Positions 63,697 through 64,000 of a stretch of 64,000 nt of DNA are shown piece by piece. This stretch comes from Alphaproteobacteria bacterium (GTDB lineage: Bacteria > Pseudomonadota > Alphaproteobacteria > UBA828). How positions within the stretch are numbered: position 1 is the first letter of the stretch; each line of letters opens with the position of its first letter. Location of the stretch: the NCBI GenBank assembly GCA_963667785.2, contig CAXXMU010000002.1:704001-768000 (forward strand), written 5' to 3'. The notes beneath the pieces were generated by a model. That model was not told where the DNA came from. It was given only the letters and a program-made list of their open reading frames with translations, and ran no database searches. The position numbers and the translations under genes are program-made.

Positions 63697-64000
63697 CACG
63701 ACTCTCCTGCTTCGCGAAGGCTCGCGATCTTTTCCTCGATCTCGGCCCTGGTCAGAATGCCCCTCTCCACCAGCACGGTCTCGTAGACGTGCAGCCAGTG
63801 CTCGTAATACGAGGTCTCCAGATATTCGGCCGGCCCCATCCGCTCGATGGCGTGGCGGAACATGTCCACGTTGAAGTGGCCTTCGGCGAAGTTCGTGAAG
63901 AACATGCCGAAGACCCGCCCCTCCCACTGCTCGTGGAACCGGGGCTCGTTTTCCTCGCGGACGATCGGGCCCATGCACTGCATGCCGCCCATGTCGTGGA
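63696..64000 (-). CDS. Nitrile hydratase beta subunit, N-terminal half (5'-partial)
   Basis: (x)HDMGG...FHEQWEGRVF...FRHAIERM...YLETSYYEHW; stop at 63698-63696; start lies just beyond the window. Confidence 0.85.
   Translation of the reverse strand, partial: HDMGGMQCMGPIVREENEPRFHEQWEGRVFGMFFTNFAEGHFNVDMFRHAIERMGPAEYLETSYYEHWLHVYETVLVERGILTRAEIEEKIASLREAGES

Overview
High-GC bacterial chromosome segment. Gene content and order (glnE next to an AsmA/YhdP-like gene; mltB-rlpA-dac-tmk-holB-metG-tatD-MBL-mazG) suggest an alphaproteobacterium, probably Rhodospirillales-like. The repeat-rich surface proteins suggest a host-associated or marine lifestyle, which is inference only. Main parts: (1) a >4047-aa minus-strand adhesin/autotransporter (12141 to beyond the left edge; absent from the ORF track because its stop lies outside the window), preceded by an in-frame leader peptide ending PPPP-stop; (2) tungsten-type AOR + MoaD, bcp, a GlnE whose adenylyl-removing motifs look degenerate, and an AsmA-like protein lengthened by three 534-bp internal repeats; (3) housekeeping genes containing a 28-bp dif site (36453-36480), where KOPS polarity flips, so the window probably spans the replication terminus; (4) a lipoprotein autotransporter with six PPC-like repeats; (5) a ~22-kb catabolic region with a fused E1 alpha/beta lacking E2/E3, two tandem carboxyltransferase (PxpB/PxpC-like) pairs without PxpA or a biotin module, a TarD-like enolase, an MFS, BKACE, a class II cytochrome c, a three-subunit hydantoinase/acetone-carboxylase-like enzyme with a cysteine hydrolase, two HpcH aldolases, two near-identical solute-binding proteins, and a nitrile hydratase whose beta subunit is split in two genes. 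I found no rRNA, tRNA, CRISPR array or transposase. All calls come from manual reading and motif recognition; no database search was run.
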